Shown one piece after another: positions 11,239 through 25,920 of a stretch of 64,000 nucleotides of DNA. The stretch lies in NCBI GenBank assembly GCA_030141605.1, contig JAQGDQ010000441.1:108197-172196 (forward strand), read 5' to 3'. The notes below the pieces were generated by a model. The model did not search any database. It saw only the letters and a list, made by a program, of their open reading frames with translations, and was not told where the DNA came from. The position numbers were made by a program, and so were the translations under genes. The first letter of the stretch is position 1. Every line of letters begins with the position of its first letter. The DNA is from Tubiluchus corallicola. Its lineage: Eukaryota > Animalia > Priapulida.

Positions 11239-11732
11239 GGAGTCCCAACTGTAAATTGTTTAGTTGTCTGAGGTTAATTTGTTTGACAAAGTGAGTGATT
11301 ATGCACCTGCTTGGGTTTGAACCAAAGTCCATTGGGATTCTTTCCCAACCATGTAAATCACTCGTTAACAGAAAATTTTCATGACCGCCACTAATTTTCA
11401 TTATACTCTAAATCCTCGCTTAACGACCCTCCCCATTTCGCGACATTTCATTTAACAACGCTGAACGTTTCACCCTTTTTTCACTTAATGACACACAGTT
11501 TCGTTTTAACGACAATTTTTTCCTTTGCACAAAACCAGTTTTTATTTTATCAACAATTTTTTACCAAGTTTGATACTTTAAAACCGTACATATTATTCTG
11601 TTCTTAAAATGCACTAATAACGGAAACACTGCAGTTATTACACAAGTACATACGTTTTTGCTTCCCGACTGACCACTAAATGCTAGCCATCTGTATTAAG
11701 CGAAACTTGGGAACAACTTTATGCCAAATTAA

Positions 11733-12302
11733 TTGTTGTTGTTGTTGTTGGCATCCTTCTGTCTCGGAAGACAATCGAGTGTGCGCCAAGAGAGTCAGTT
11801 ATTGATCACATTGATGGAGCTGCAGCGTCGACTGTGGCTGAGCAGTCCGATCCTTGAACCACTGGAGTGGCCTCTCCAGGGCGCACGCCTGGGCAAGGTG
11901 TATGGAGATCCTGAGTTGACCACACAACAGGAACCCCCTCTCTTCCTCCCTGGTGTAGTCCAAAGGAAAGCGGAGCGATACGTTTAGCACCAGGTTGGCT
12001 GCAGGAGCTGCCGGAGTTAGTGAGCATGCTGCACTGGTCCGCCTTCGGGGCTCCACTCCTGATTTGGAAGGTTTACTCCTCTACACATGGCCGTTGGGTC
12101 ACTTGACCTCCTCCGCCCTCTAGCCGTTGGCTGCTTGTGCAGTTCCTCCGCCTAGTGTCGAGATACAGTGTGGGCATCCCGCAAGCCTACAGCACCTGGT
12201 ATTCCTTTGCGGTCACCCATCCAAGTACTAACCGGGCTCCACGTTGCTTAACTTCGGTGATCAGGCGAGAACCGGTGTTTTCAACGTGATTTGGCCGGAG
12301 TT
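11733..12302 (-). mobile_element. 5S rRNA-derived SINE (SINE3-type) with RTE-derived body and (CAA)n tail
   Basis: Minus strand: 5S-like head (12302-12183), a GC-rich body, an RTE-like C-terminal remnant (SRIGLLSHSRRC), then GAGACAGAAGGATGCC(AAC)n; degenerate TSD TTATGC.. on both sides. Confidence 0.8.
12183..12302 (-). rRNA. 5S rRNA-like sequence (SINE head / pseudogene rather than a functional 5S gene)
   Basis: CGGCCAAATCACGTTGAAAACACCGGTTCTCGCCTGATCACCGAAGTTAAGCAACG...GTTAGTACTTGGATGGGTGACCGC...GTGCTGTAGGCTT; box A and box C are present; no oligo-T terminator follows. Confidence 0.75.
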
Positions 12303-13284
12303 ATGCAGAATATTACTGCAATATTGTTATGGCAACCAGGTAAAATTCTCAAGGTCGCCCCAGGGCTTGGCTTTGACTCTGCTGCAGTGTTTAACTCCTG
12401 CTTACACTTAAACATCGACTAAAGAGAAACCGTTAACTAGGTAAGTAAGTTATATAGGTGATTTCAAGCAAGAGGAAAGAAATTAATCAGTAGAAACATT
12501 ACTAAAATTCATAAAATATTTAATTTATATGATTTAAGCAGCATTGATTTTTGCCTCTGGAACGTATCTCAATTCTTTTACATTACTCTCTATGGAAGTC
12601 TTCGTTTCGTTTAACAGCGTTTCACTTAACGTCGCATTTTGCTGGAACACACTGGCGCCGTTAAGCAAGGACTGTATTTTATTTTATAATTTTCCTTTTG
12701 TTTGCTTGTAGTTTGTACAAACTGCGTTAGCTTTCAGTTTTGCCTAACTGTATAGAGCAGTAAATATCAGAAATGCTTATTTCTAGCACTCGAAATAAAA
12801 AACGATTAATTTTATTACGATGAATTGAATGCCTTTAACTTTTTAACTTTATGTTAGAAATTTGAATTTTGTAAAAATATGTGGGAGAGCAAATTTGGGC
12901 GACCGAATGCCCAGAATTGAATTACTTTCGCATTTTAAATGCAAACAAAATACTAAACTGAGTTTAATTTGTAGCAATTTTCTAAATGTATGTACTTTTA
13001 CTTTTATACCGAAAACAAGAACAAGTAATTAAAATATGCACAGAATTATTGATGAATATTACATTTTTACAATGATGACATTTTTAATGACAATGAAACA
13101 AGAGTAATTAGTTAGTACATATTTAGTAAATAAATGTGTACTGACCTTTTATATAAGACCTACGTTTTGGTAAAGAGAAAATTACACTGTGACAAAATTA
13201 CGACGTGATTACATTAAACGTATACATTCGGTCGAATACAGAAAGACTAGAGATACCTAGTGTTACCTAGAGATACCTTCAAAT

Positions 13285-13566
13285 ACCAGATGGTTTAGCC
13301 TTGTGGTAACGCTCCCGCTTTCGGTCTGGGAGGTCTTGAGTTCGATAGAGCGGCCGGGTCATACCAAAGACTTTAAAACGTACCTGCTGTTGCCCTGCCT
13401 GACGCGTGGTATTTTGGGTAAAAGTGGGATAATAATAGTCTCTGTTATGTAGTTGTAGGTTGTTATTTACAGTCGGCGATAATAGCTTTTTGAGCTAATG
13501 TTAATTGTTGACCCAAAAGCCGACTTTAAATAAAGATTATTATTGTTATTATTATTATTATTATTA

Positions 13567-13656
<90 letters not shown>
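13285..13656 (+). mobile_element. tRNA-headed SINE (Meta-SINE-like core) with (ATT)n tail
   Basis: Box A-like TAGCCTTGTGG and box B-like GAGTTCGAT, core GGGTCATACCAAAGACTTTAAAA, long (TTA)n tail; copies at 36234-36512 and 58879-59232. Confidence 0.8.
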
Positions 13657-13658
<2 letters not shown>

Positions 13659-14045
13659 TATTATACTGTGCCCACGGTCATCCTTAATAATGAGCGGAGC
13701 TGAAACAGCAATTGTCAGTGCTATGTGACTCCTGGCTAGCTAGACTAGACTAGACCTTTTGCTCAGAAAAATTACTATATAAATAGACCTATGAAAGTTG
13801 CCTAATTCAGCTAATTACACGGTCACTTGGGCACGATGCCAGCTATACTATAGACTTGAAAGACAATTACATGTTTAATTGTTTATGATGCAAAGCTAAC
13901 TTTCAAGAACCAGTTTGCAAGGGCAAATCCTTACAAGCGATTTAAAAAACACTTAAACTCGAGACTTGTCATACTGGCATAGTTCTCGACAGTAAATAAA
14001 GAATTTGAAAAGAAATTCTGAAGTTATTTTATACAAATGTGCTAG

Positions 14046-14148
14046 GTTTCCAGAGATCGAGTTCTTTCAGTCGTCAGCTGTTCAAGAAATGATGACAGAA
14101 ATCTTGTTTTGCTATGCCCGAGAATATCCAGATCTAGCTTATAAACAG
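14046..14148 (+). CDS. TBC1D5: TBC1D5 exon (FPEIEFFQSSAVQEMMTEILFCYAREYPDLAYKQ)
   Basis: gctag|G ... CAG|gtaaat; phase 2-0; YKQ glutamine finger. Confidence 0.93.
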
Positions 14149-14188
14149 GTAAATTGTGTTTCTTTTTGCAATATAGTTTACCGTATGG

Positions 14189-14686
14189 ACAGGGGCGTCC
14201 TAGTGCATCACGACTACCCTGGGCGGATAGTTCAGTTCCACCCACCCTTATTATATGTGTTTACAGGGTCATATTAACCAACAGGAAACTAGGTGGTAGC
14301 CTGGGGCGCCAAAGTGTGAGGGGCATCACATTTTAGTAAAAATTCTTATTCTCATCGAAAAGTATGTGTACTTTCATATCCATGTAAAGGGCACATTTTA
14401 TCACAGGCAGTTACTGACCGCACCTGTTATATAAATGCCTCATAACGAACAGGTGCTAGGTACTACACAACAAGCATTTGCGCAGTCTGCTTGAATATAA
14501 GCAAGCACAATGCAAATACATGTAATTAATAATGACCACGTAGAAACTAGGGTAATAGTGTTTCTAATACACCACTAATTGTAATTGTTTAATCTTCTCA
14601 TTACATAATCAACCATAAATTAACAATAGAGATGGGCGGTACAGCACTATCAGCCTAGGGCGTACTAAAGTCTTGATACGCCCCTG
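14189..14686. mobile_element. hAT-like MITE (CAGGGGCGT TIR)
   Basis: CAGGGGCGTCCTAG ... TTGATACGCCCCTG. Confidence 0.5.
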
Positions 14687-15014
14687 TGTGCTTGTGTGAA
14701 GCATATTGCACATTAGTAGCATTGTTACCTAGTACTTATATGGTTACTGTTAATGACACTTATTTGCGTAACACGTACATCATGTACATGTATGTGTTCG
14801 ATAGGCACTTACAAATATGAAATAAATACGTTGAAGCAGGTTGTGCAACTGTTTGTGGTGTACTACCTTTTTGGTTTTTGTGTGTGTAATATTTGTTATA
14901 TGGCTCCTATGTGAGAGCAGGCAGTCATAAGGCCATTCACAGTTCCAGCGTTGGCTCATCATCATGAAAAGTATGACTCTCATTCAAATCATGCATAGAA
15001 TACTATAGTAAACT

Positions 15015-15519
15015 TCTTCTTCTTCTTCTTCTTCCCAGCTTTTCCCTATGTGGGGTCGCCGTTGTGAATGAGTCTTCTCCACGCATTCCTGTTGTTGACC
15101 ATCTCTTCATTTATGTCTTCCCTTCCCTCATGATCTTCACCTACTCTTCTTTTCAGGTGTCCATACCATTGCAATCTTGCGAGGCTTCCACTACTTTTGC
15201 TGTTCCTCTGATATTATTATTTCTAATTTTATCTCTTCTTGTTATTCCCACCATCCATCTCAACATCCTCATCTCCACCACACCCATTTTCTTCTCTTCG
15301 GTCTTCTTTAGAGAAGCTGCTTCCAGCCCATAGATTAGAGCGGGTCTGATCACTTCTTTGTGGACTTTACCTTTAAGTCTCACCGACTCATTCATAGAAG
15401 GTTTTGGCGTAGTTTTTACAGGCAGATGCCCTTCCTGACCCTAACCCTCCCTATTTATCCGGGCTTGGGACCGGCACTGAGTTGGGCTGGCTTGCCCCCT
15501 CCCCACAGTGGCTAGTTTG
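15015..15519 (-). mobile_element. Bipartite non-autonomous RTE retroposon (5' UTR fused to ORF 3' end, (GAA)n tail)
   Basis: 17-bp TSD GAATACTATAGTAAACT (14998-15014, 15520-15536); ORF remnant LKGKVHKEVIRPALIYGLEA...EMRMLRWMVGITRRDKIRN. Confidence 0.88.
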
Positions 15520-15567
15520 GAATACTATAGTAAACTAATTTGAAATAATTGTCACGTTATGTTTCAG

Positions 15568-15656
15568 GGCATGCACGAACTGCTTGCTCCACTCATATTT
15601 GTTCTGCACTGTGATCATCAAGCTTACTTACATGCGAAGGAATTAGAATCTTTGTC
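15568..15656 (+). CDS. TBC1D5: TBC1D5 exon (GMHELLAPLIFVLHCDHQAYLHAKELESL)
   Basis: gtttcag| ... TC|gtaagt. Confidence 0.95.
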
Positions 15657-16107
15657 GTAAGTCTTTATTCGATTTTCCTGGTTATCAGGATACTATAGTA
15701 GGGATACTGTTGTACGTGTTATAGTATTACACTGTTTGGTGTAATTAGTGGAAAAATAGTCTCACGCAGACTAATTTTAGAGTTCAGTGTGATTTTGACT
15801 CTGTACGAGCAGTTAATTCTCAGCAAGACGAACACCAGCATGATTCTTACCAGAAAGGCAATGATACGCAGTGACCAGGCCCTGAATGAGCAAGGCAAAT
15901 GGAATACAACTCAACTGCACCCCAGTGTTGCAAGAAATCGTAACAAAATACCGAGAAGAGTTCAATGACAAACCTGTTGATGAAGAAACTTCTAGCTCTG
16001 AGGTTGAATCTGTTGAACAAGATTCTGATTGAAAAGCAAAACATTGTTACTGTCATTTGAATTTCATTGAAAATAAACTTCATATTGGAGTGAAAAGGTT
16101 CTGCGAA

Positions 16108-16455
16108 ATTTGTCTGTGTGCAAAATTAGTCTAATGCAGACTAGTGCACGTTGAAAAGTTGGTTTCACAATGTAGTCTGGGATGGACTAATGCACTTTGA
16201 AAAGTTGGTTTCAAAATTTAGTCTGAGATAGACTAATGCACATTGAAAAGTTGGTTTCAAAATTAGTCTCACACAGACTAATGCACATTGAAAAGTTGGT
16301 TTTAAAATTTAGTCTGAGATAGACTAATGCACTTTGAAAAGTTGGGTTTAAAATTTAGTGTCACATAGACTAATCCACGTTGAAAAGTTGGCTTTAAGAT
16401 TTAGTCTCGCTCAGGCTAATCCACATTGAAAAGTTGGTTTCAAAATTAATCTCTA
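16108..16455. repeat. 45/46-bp tandem repeat, ~7 copies, each with a short hairpin
   Basis: Unit TTAGTCTGAGATAGACTAATGCACATTGAAAAGTTGGTTTCAAAAT; the TTAGTCT...AGACTAA stem recurs in each unit. Confidence 0.85.
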
Positions 16456-16786
16456 GGACATTAACTACACTAAACAGTGTGATTGCTTCTTGTTGATTAC
16501 TATGTATTTATTTTCACATATTTTCATGAACTATTTGCACGTTCAGTCTACTATATTTGAAACAGTTTTGTTTCTGTTTTAAAATTATAATTACCTATGT
16601 GTTTGCCTAGTCATGTTTTGTGTTGTAATTGCGCATGAATTAAAACCTTAAAAACAGTTGTGCGGCATGCAACTATTACTTTTCTGAAAACATTCTGTTT
16701 TTAGACTATCAATGGTGGATGTTACCACCTGATGAAAGTATAATTCGTTTGCATTTTATTACTTATAGTGTGATAAGTTCTTGAAT

Positions 16787-17400
16787 CAGTGGCAGCCCGT
16801 ATATAGGCACCCTGAAACTGCAGCACCCCCTACTTTCACTCAGTATAATCGCTAATCAATATAATAAGTCTTTTTTCTTTAGTTCTTTCTTTGTACTTGT
16901 ATGGACCCAGAGCACGTGAGGGTAGTACTGTTTGATTCACAGCCCAGTCCAGTGGTGTGTTTAGCTTTTGTGCGCATGCGGCCATGCGCACATGTGTGAG
17001 CCCCCGGCTAGAGAAAGTACTGTCACTCACACAGTTTGTTGCCAGTTGTCTGCACTCACTGTGAATGGATTAAGCTTCAACGGCGACAATTTAGGCTATT
17101 AGTAAGCAAAAAATATTTTTGTTTAGAACTTTATCAAGTTTAAGTGTAAACTTTCATATGTTTGTTTGTTTAAAATTACAATTACAAATTACAACATTAA
17201 AATTACACATGTTTGTTTGCTTAAAATTACAATTACAAATTACAACATTAAAATTACACATGTTTGTTTGTTTAAAATTACAATTACAAATTACAACATT
17301 AAAATTACATATGTTTGTTTTGTTTTACACATTATTAAAAGAAAGGCTAAAAATTTTCTGACTCTGCCCCACCACTAATTTTAGCTACGAGGTGCCACTG
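16787..17400. mobile_element. hAT-like MITE (CAGTGGC family) with internal 51-bp triplication
   Basis: Perfect 8-bp TSD TCTTGAAT (16779-16786, 17401-17408); CAGTGGCAGCCCGTA / TACGAGGTGCCACTG ends. Confidence 0.88.
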
Positions 17401-17688
17401 TCTTGAATTAAAAATTTTCAAAAGTTAGTGGTTTCAGTTTTGAGATTTTCGTAGGTTAAAAGTGCGCCATTAGAAACAAAGTAAAAACATTTATCCTAAA
17501 CTGTGTTATATATTCAGTTAATTGCTTCAATTAATTTTTATTTTTCTCTGCAAAATACAACAATTTCTGTAAATTTATAGTAAAAAAATTGTGTAGCGGT
17601 GCAGCAAAGTGACCACACGGTCATCAGGTCAGCTGCTATACAAGATCCCCACAGAAGCGGGTCACTACCATAAATGTTGAGCATATTG

Positions 17689-20044
<2,356 letters not shown>

Positions 20045-20674
20045 TATGTAGTCGTTATAACTATTGTAGCAGTTTTATGCCACAAAACAACCAGATACCA
20101 TTTCATTTTTTATACAAATCTGAAATCTCTCCCTAAATAGGATCAGTGTCTATTCAGTGTCTGTTGCCATAGTAACGTGTTTGAAAATTTCTCTTGTTTG
20201 TAGCATTTGCTGCACCGATCAGGAAAACAAGATAGCAAGAAAATAGAACTACTATTTGTATTTTTGGTCAAACAGCCTGCAGAAAAACGTTCTAGCGGCG
20301 CTTAGTGTGACTCTCGAGAGGAGATATATAGCTCTTTAGAAAGAGGAAGAACAGGGCTACACGATGATGTGGGCTATATGTTAGGACATGTCCACCAAGA
20401 GGAGTATCGACGAGTTAATTAGATGTTCTATTTTTGGCAAATTTCACTTGGAAAACTGCTGATGCAAAGCCATTGTTGTGACGTCATCCATTATACTCTG
20501 TCTATAACCTTATAACTTTAATTCAGTAAAAGCTGATGGCTTTGCGTTAGATAAACAAACAAACACTAGATGGGATGTTCACGCATTGTTGATTATAAGT
20601 GGATTTATAAGCAAAATTTTTGCGGGGCCTTTGCTAGATATTTGAGATAACAAATTGTAATTTATTTATTGCAG

Positions 20675-20725
20675 GCAGGACATAGAAGTGATGGTAGATC
20701 CTGAATACATGGAAGGAGATGCTTT
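20675..20725 (+). CDS. TBC1D5: TBC1D5 exon (QDIEVMVDPEYMEGDAF)
   Basis: ttgcag|G ... TT|gtacgt; phase 2-2; resembles the PEYLEHDAY motif. Confidence 0.88.
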
Positions 20726-21655
20726 GTACGTAACATTGCAGAAAATTAGTTTATGAAAAAAATGTGCTAAGATCTGTTTATTATACTCCCTTAAAGGAAG
20801 ACAGAATGATTTTTCATATACAATCCCATTTTCAAGTCCTCTAAAAAGTAGACATTTTAACATTATTAATACTGCAAAAGCGTTTCTGATAATTAAACGT
20901 TAAATTAAAAACTTAATTAGCAGGGGGCAAACCCTACTATTGATATCATCACAAACTAACGTGATTTTCAGCAGCAAAAATATTTCATGAGCATGTTGCA
21001 CGTGTTTGCAAAAGAGAAAATTGAAGTACAGTGCTACTGTAAGATATTCAGTGTGTTGTATTAAAGCTAGACAAGTTTTAAGATGAAAATTCAAATTTTA
21101 AATTTACCGCTGGTCTCATACATGAGCTATCGAGCATATGTAGGTCATCACAAACTAACACATCTGAACTGAGAGGTACAACACCCGTTTTTTGTGCAAT
21201 GCATTTCGGAAATACAGGCACTAGTGCCCATCTAAGTAGAGAATGGTTGAAATGCAGGCAACAGCGAAGAACTAGTGGCGCGAACGTGAAATTGTGTATG
21301 TGAAATTTCAAGTAAGTCATTTCTGAAAAAATAGTATGTTTCCTTTCAATATTTTAAGGAGTAGATTGTTTTGACCTACAGTTTAGGATTGGATCCAGTT
21401 TTGCTTTAAATTTGATTTAAAATTTTACAACTTTCGAAGTGTTAGTCTAAAATCTTCCAGAAACTGCTAAATTTACATTCTACAACTAATTTCTCAGTAA
21501 TTTCAAGAGCAACCGATGATGTATTTAAGTATTTTACAAAGAATTTGAAGCATCATATTATATCGTATTCATTCAGGCATTGTTTTCACTGTAATGAAGT
21601 TTCTCTGCTCAAACATTTGTGCATTTCAGCAGCTTAACTTAACATTTTTTTGCAG

Positions 21656-21725
21656 CGCAATGTTCTGTGAACTAATGCAAACCGTTGAACCATGGTATCA
21701 GACGAAAGAATTATTTCCACAACGA
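21656..21725 (+). CDS. TBC1D5: TBC1D5 exon (AMFCELMQTVEPWYQTKELFPQR)
   Basis: ttttgcag|C ... CGA|gtgagt. Confidence 0.92.
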
Positions 21726-21871
21726 GTGAGTATCAGTTTGCAGGGTGTTACACTCAAATACACCATAATCATGATCATAATAATCTCCGTACATCTTTCA
21801 TCTTTTCAAAGTATTTAGTTGTAAAGTTAGTTCAGTTTTGGATCAATCAATTTTGTATTTTCGATATTTAG

Positions 21872-22047
21872 TCGCAGGTACAAGACACGATGACAGTGCC
21901 GTTGTTTTCTCGTCCGCAAGATACGAACCCGTCGAATGTGTTGGTAAATAAACTGAATCGAATTCAAGACTGGCTGCTTAAGAAACATGATATAGAGTTG
22001 TATGTACACCTTGAGCAAATGGACATTGCACCTCAACTTTACGGAAT
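21872..22047 (+). CDS. TBC1D5: TBC1D5 exon (SQVQDTMTVPLFSRPQD...KKHDIELYVHLEQMDIAPQLYG)
   Basis: tttag| (a second in-frame acceptor lies 6 nt downstream, start 21878) ... AT|gtgagt. Confidence 0.92.
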
Positions 22048-22496
22048 GTGAGTCATTTAATATTTGCATTACATTACGTTACACATTACATTACGTTACG
22101 CGATGATTTTCCATATCTTACCCCACCTCGAAGTATCGTAAACCGTGTTCTAAACTAGTGGTGTTCTAAATGATATGCTATTTAACAGACTAGTGACTGC
22201 AGAATCAATGAAACACTTTTGAAAACTGCCTTATGATGGACTCGTGTTTGTTGAGACGAGATCATTATTAAAGCTCAGCGAAGAATCTGAGACGACACAA
22301 GAATCCACAGTATCCGTTGAGAAAAAATGCTTCATTGCTGCCGCTGGAATTTTATTTACTTTGAGATACAAGCTGCACGCGACACACCTGTTTCATCATT
22401 AAACCAAGTAACACAAACTTTGATCACAGCTGCTGCAGCCTTAACTGGTACTTTAAGGACAGTAGTACTTTTTAAACTGTGCAAAGGCCAGTTCCT

Positions 22497-22992
22497 TAAA
22501 GGAAGACAGGATGATTTTTCTTATGCTACACCATTTTCAAGTCCGATAAAAGTATATATTTTAACACAATTAATGCTGCAAAAGTGTTTCTGATAATTAA
22601 ATAGTCGGTTAAAAATTTAATTAACGGCAGGCAAGCCCAACTATTGATGATAAAGGCACTATATCTTCCAGTTCATGTGCGTTTGAATGCGATGTGGTGC
22701 ACACGTTCGACAGCTCATGTGTGAAACTTAAATTTATAAACTTAAAATTTGCCTCGTTCTTGTATATCACACTGAATATCTTACAGTAGCACTGTACTTC
22801 AATTTTCACTTTCACAAACACGTGTAACACGCTCAAGGAATATTTGTGCTGTTGAAAATTATGTTAGTTTCTGATGTCATCAATAGTTGAGCTCGCTCGC
22901 TGTCAATTAAGAGTTCAATCTATTATCTAACTATCAGAAACACTTTTGTAGTATTAATTGTGTTAAAATGTATACTTTTTATCAAATTTTAA
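22497..22992. mobile_element. TTAA-AGGAAGACAG element with long inverted arms (Kolobok-like MITE)
   Basis: Starts TTAAAGGAAGACAGGATGATTTTTC; ~22540-22650 is inverted at ~22875-22990; related ends at 20791 (+) and 28560 (-). Confidence 0.6.
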
Positions 22993-23051
22993 ATGTGCAT
23001 CACAAACACATGACCAGGGCTAAAAGGTCATATTATTTATTGTTTATGCAG

Positions 23052-23194
23052 ACGCTGGGTACGACTGCTGTTTGGAAGGGAGTTTCCTATGCAAGATCTG
23101 CTGGTTCTCTGGGATGCCATCTTTGCAGACAGCAACGCTTTCGATCTTGTTGAGTACATGTTTGTAGCAATGCTCATCTTTATTCGAGATAAAC
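23052..23194 (+). CDS. TBC1D5: TBC1D5 exon (RWVRLLFGREFPMQDLLVLWDAIFAD...VAMLIFIRDK)
   Basis: atgcag|A ... C|gtgagt; core TBC motif. Confidence 0.96.
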
Positions 23195-23539
23195 GTGAGT
23201 GCACTTCTCGTCATACATTAACACTTAGTTTCTCGTTCTTAAGCGTATAGAAATTCTTGGAAATGAGGGATTAGCTGTCACATTCACGTGGCCGACGAAT
23301 AGGTGCGGTACCGTAATAAGCATGATCATAAACTGCAGTGTTCGTCTGTGACATCAGCGTGACGGAGAACTCATTTTCGAGACATCACAGCAGCGTCTTG
23401 CAGCAATCTTCACTTACGCAAATGTGGTTGATGCGCAGGGAAGATGCCTAATATTAACTTTATTAAATTCACAGCCCCCAATAACTGGAATAAAATAAGT
23501 GCCCAAGTACAAATACACAAAACTATTTATAGTTTCAAA

Positions 23540-23950
23540 AAGTACTTGAAAAGGACCATTTTTGATTCATACTTATAATACAATTTTAATGGTTCCATGT
23601 CTCATGCAGTCGCAATATATGGCCTCCAATCAATTATAATGCTATTTTAATATACTTCTAGGTAAATTAAACATACACTGTGGTCGTTTCTTCTCCTCTT
23701 TTCCTTCTTCCTATCCCTAATCTTACTATTTTTTCCATTCCATCATGTCTACTAACCCTAACCATTCTTTTATTCACTCATTTCTGCCACCCTAACAAGC
23801 TAAGTTTTCAAGGTGTCATACAGCAACTCTTTTATTTGGTTATTTTGACTTCATCAACCTATACTGTTTCTTTTTTTCAATAATATTGTATGTTGATGTA
23901 TTGTATATGTACTGCTGGAGTGAAATAAATTGATTGATTTGATTGATTGA
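23540..23950 (+). mobile_element. Non-LTR retrotransposon 3' fragment with AATAAA + (GATT)n tail
   Basis: Homologous to 44627-44993 (+) and 45568-45900 (-); copies are 5'-truncated at different points and share the 3' tail. Confidence 0.7.
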
Positions 23951-24229
23951 ACAAGCTATGGTTAGTTTGTGATGTAAGCAATAGCTGTGTTTGGTTGCCG
24001 TTAATTAACTTTCCAAGGTAAGTATTCAAATATAAGAAAGAATTGCTAACTTTTATAAACTAGAAAATGTATATTTTGGACAGTAAATTAAAACGAGATT
24101 GAGTCCTAATCAATCGTGAGGCTGCTTTCCATTAACCCTCTTCTATTTGTTAACCCATTTATACATTTTATGATACCTTTATTGTATCTAAATAAACCAC
24201 TAAACCAACGTCTTTTTACTTTATTTCAG

Positions 24230-24336
24230 TGTTACGAAGCGACTATCCAGGCTGCTTAACCACACTGATGAAATATCCTCCTGTCACAGACATCTTTTAC
24301 GTAATAGAAAAGGCTTTGCATTTGCGAAATCCTAAG
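24230..24336 (+). CDS. TBC1D5: TBC1D5 exon (LRSDYPGCLTTLMKYPPVTDIFYVIEKALHLRNPK)
   Basis: atttcag|TG ... AAG|gtggaa; end of the TBC domain. Confidence 0.92.
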
Positions 24337-24511
24337 GTGGAATAATTTTAATGTGTAAATACTGTACAATTATTAAAGCTGGGTTTCAGTGCACAGGGCT
24401 TTGTACTTACATGCACTTAGTCACACCTAACTGTTCTTTCATTTAGCTGGATCACTAAACATTAAATTTGTTTTGATAATGCAAACAAGAAATGCCTTTT
24501 CTTACTCATGC

Positions 24512-24640
24512 ACTGCAAGTAGTGCAATTACACACTTGCATTGTTTTTTTAACTCGCCCCTAGATGGCAGTCAAGTACGACTGCAAGTAGTGCAATTACA
24601 CACTTGCATTGTTTTTTCAACTCGCCCCTAGATGGCAGAC
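24512..24640. repeat. 68-bp direct duplication, each copy ending in a CTCF-like motif
   Basis: ACTGCAAGTAGTGCAATT...CGCCCCTAGATGGCAG at 24512 and 24580. Confidence 0.8.
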
Positions 24641-25312
24641 AAAAAATTGCTCAGTCACCACAGCAACGTCAACTTTAGCAATGCCCATTACGGCAGTATG
24701 ATGTTAGAAGCTACAGCAGAACAATGAACATAACAGCTACATGTCACAAACACCATGGTAATCTGTTGTTCCAGCTAAGCTGTGCCTTGCTGCTGTGTGA
24801 AATGTTACGCTTTTTTTTTACAAATATCATTAGCGCACAAAAACTTTATGTCCTAAATTTGCATAAATAACATATTCCGGTTGGATATTTCATTAGTTAT
24901 TTGAAGATACTGGCTGTTTTTGTTTAAGTAGGAAAATAATTTAACTACTTGAGAAAAACCCGCAGGTAACCCCATGATAAACCCTTCATTTATTGAAAAA
25001 AACAGCATTAAATACTTAATAGATTTACAGAAAATCCACAAAACCCAAAAATGATCTTAACATAATAATGTGATCATTATAAAGTTTAAGAAGCGCTCTT
25101 AATAGATCTGTTGACTGTTTTTACCTGCAAATGCTCATTGTAATAAAATTAACGAATAATTTGTGTAAAAAGTGAAATTTCTCAATGGCCAACAAGTTGA
25201 TCAGGCAAATCAATGAAACTTGTAATTGCAATATTTTCTGTCGCATGTCAACTATTTTTCAGAAGTGCCGAGTACGACTCTCAATTATACGATCTGATAT
25301 TCCAAAGATTTA

Positions 25313-25767
25313 CCGTATTTTCCCGTGTATAAGAGACCCTTTTTTGCTCAGAATTTTCACTTTAAAAATAGGGGGTCTCTTATACATGGGAGTAAGTCTT
25401 TTCAATAAGATGCATAAATTGTGACACTAATGATTTTAAAGAAATAAGTGCTCTACAACTGTTTTGCGTGTCGCGTTCGACTATGAAGCGGTTGTAAGCA
25501 ATACAAGCATCGTGACACAGGCATTATCTCCTCGTTTTCTCTTTTCCTGTTACGGGTTTGCAGGTACGCACTTTAATATATACCAGTACTCTTTTTCTAC
25601 AACACATTAACTGGTTTTATTTTGTTTTCAGTACCGCACTGAGTTGAAAAAAGTTGTACTCTACCCTCTAAAAATGTCCGTCTGAAAAAACTTTTTTCCA
25701 GAATTTTTGCCTAAAAATTGAAGGGGTCTCTTATACACAAGGGTCTCTTATACACGGGAAAATACGG
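25313..25767. mobile_element. Tc1/mariner-pogo type MITE
   Basis: Perfect TIRs CCGTATTTTCCCGTGTATAAGAGACCC with TA on both sides. Confidence 0.9.
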
Positions 25768-25920
25768 TAAATTAAATTGCTGTATCAGAGATTAAACATC
25801 GTAATAATGCAAAGTTAATTCTTAGTGGCAATAATAGTCATATTTAATGAAAAAACAATTGAAAAACAAAAAAGCAGAGCACTACAAATCAATGCTCTGG
25901 CCATAATTAATAACATAATA

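Larger units (their letters stand above)
11405..12676. mobile_element. pogo/Tigger-like non-autonomous element, host of the 5S-SINE insertion
   Basis: Ends CCTCGCTTAACG / CGTTAAGCAAGGACTG-TA; inverted homologue at 25921-26651 lacks the SINE. Confidence 0.7.

Noticed and set aside
12183-12302. Functional 5S rRNA gene
   Set aside because: It is single, has stem mismatches and no terminator, and is fused to a retroposon body inside a MITE.
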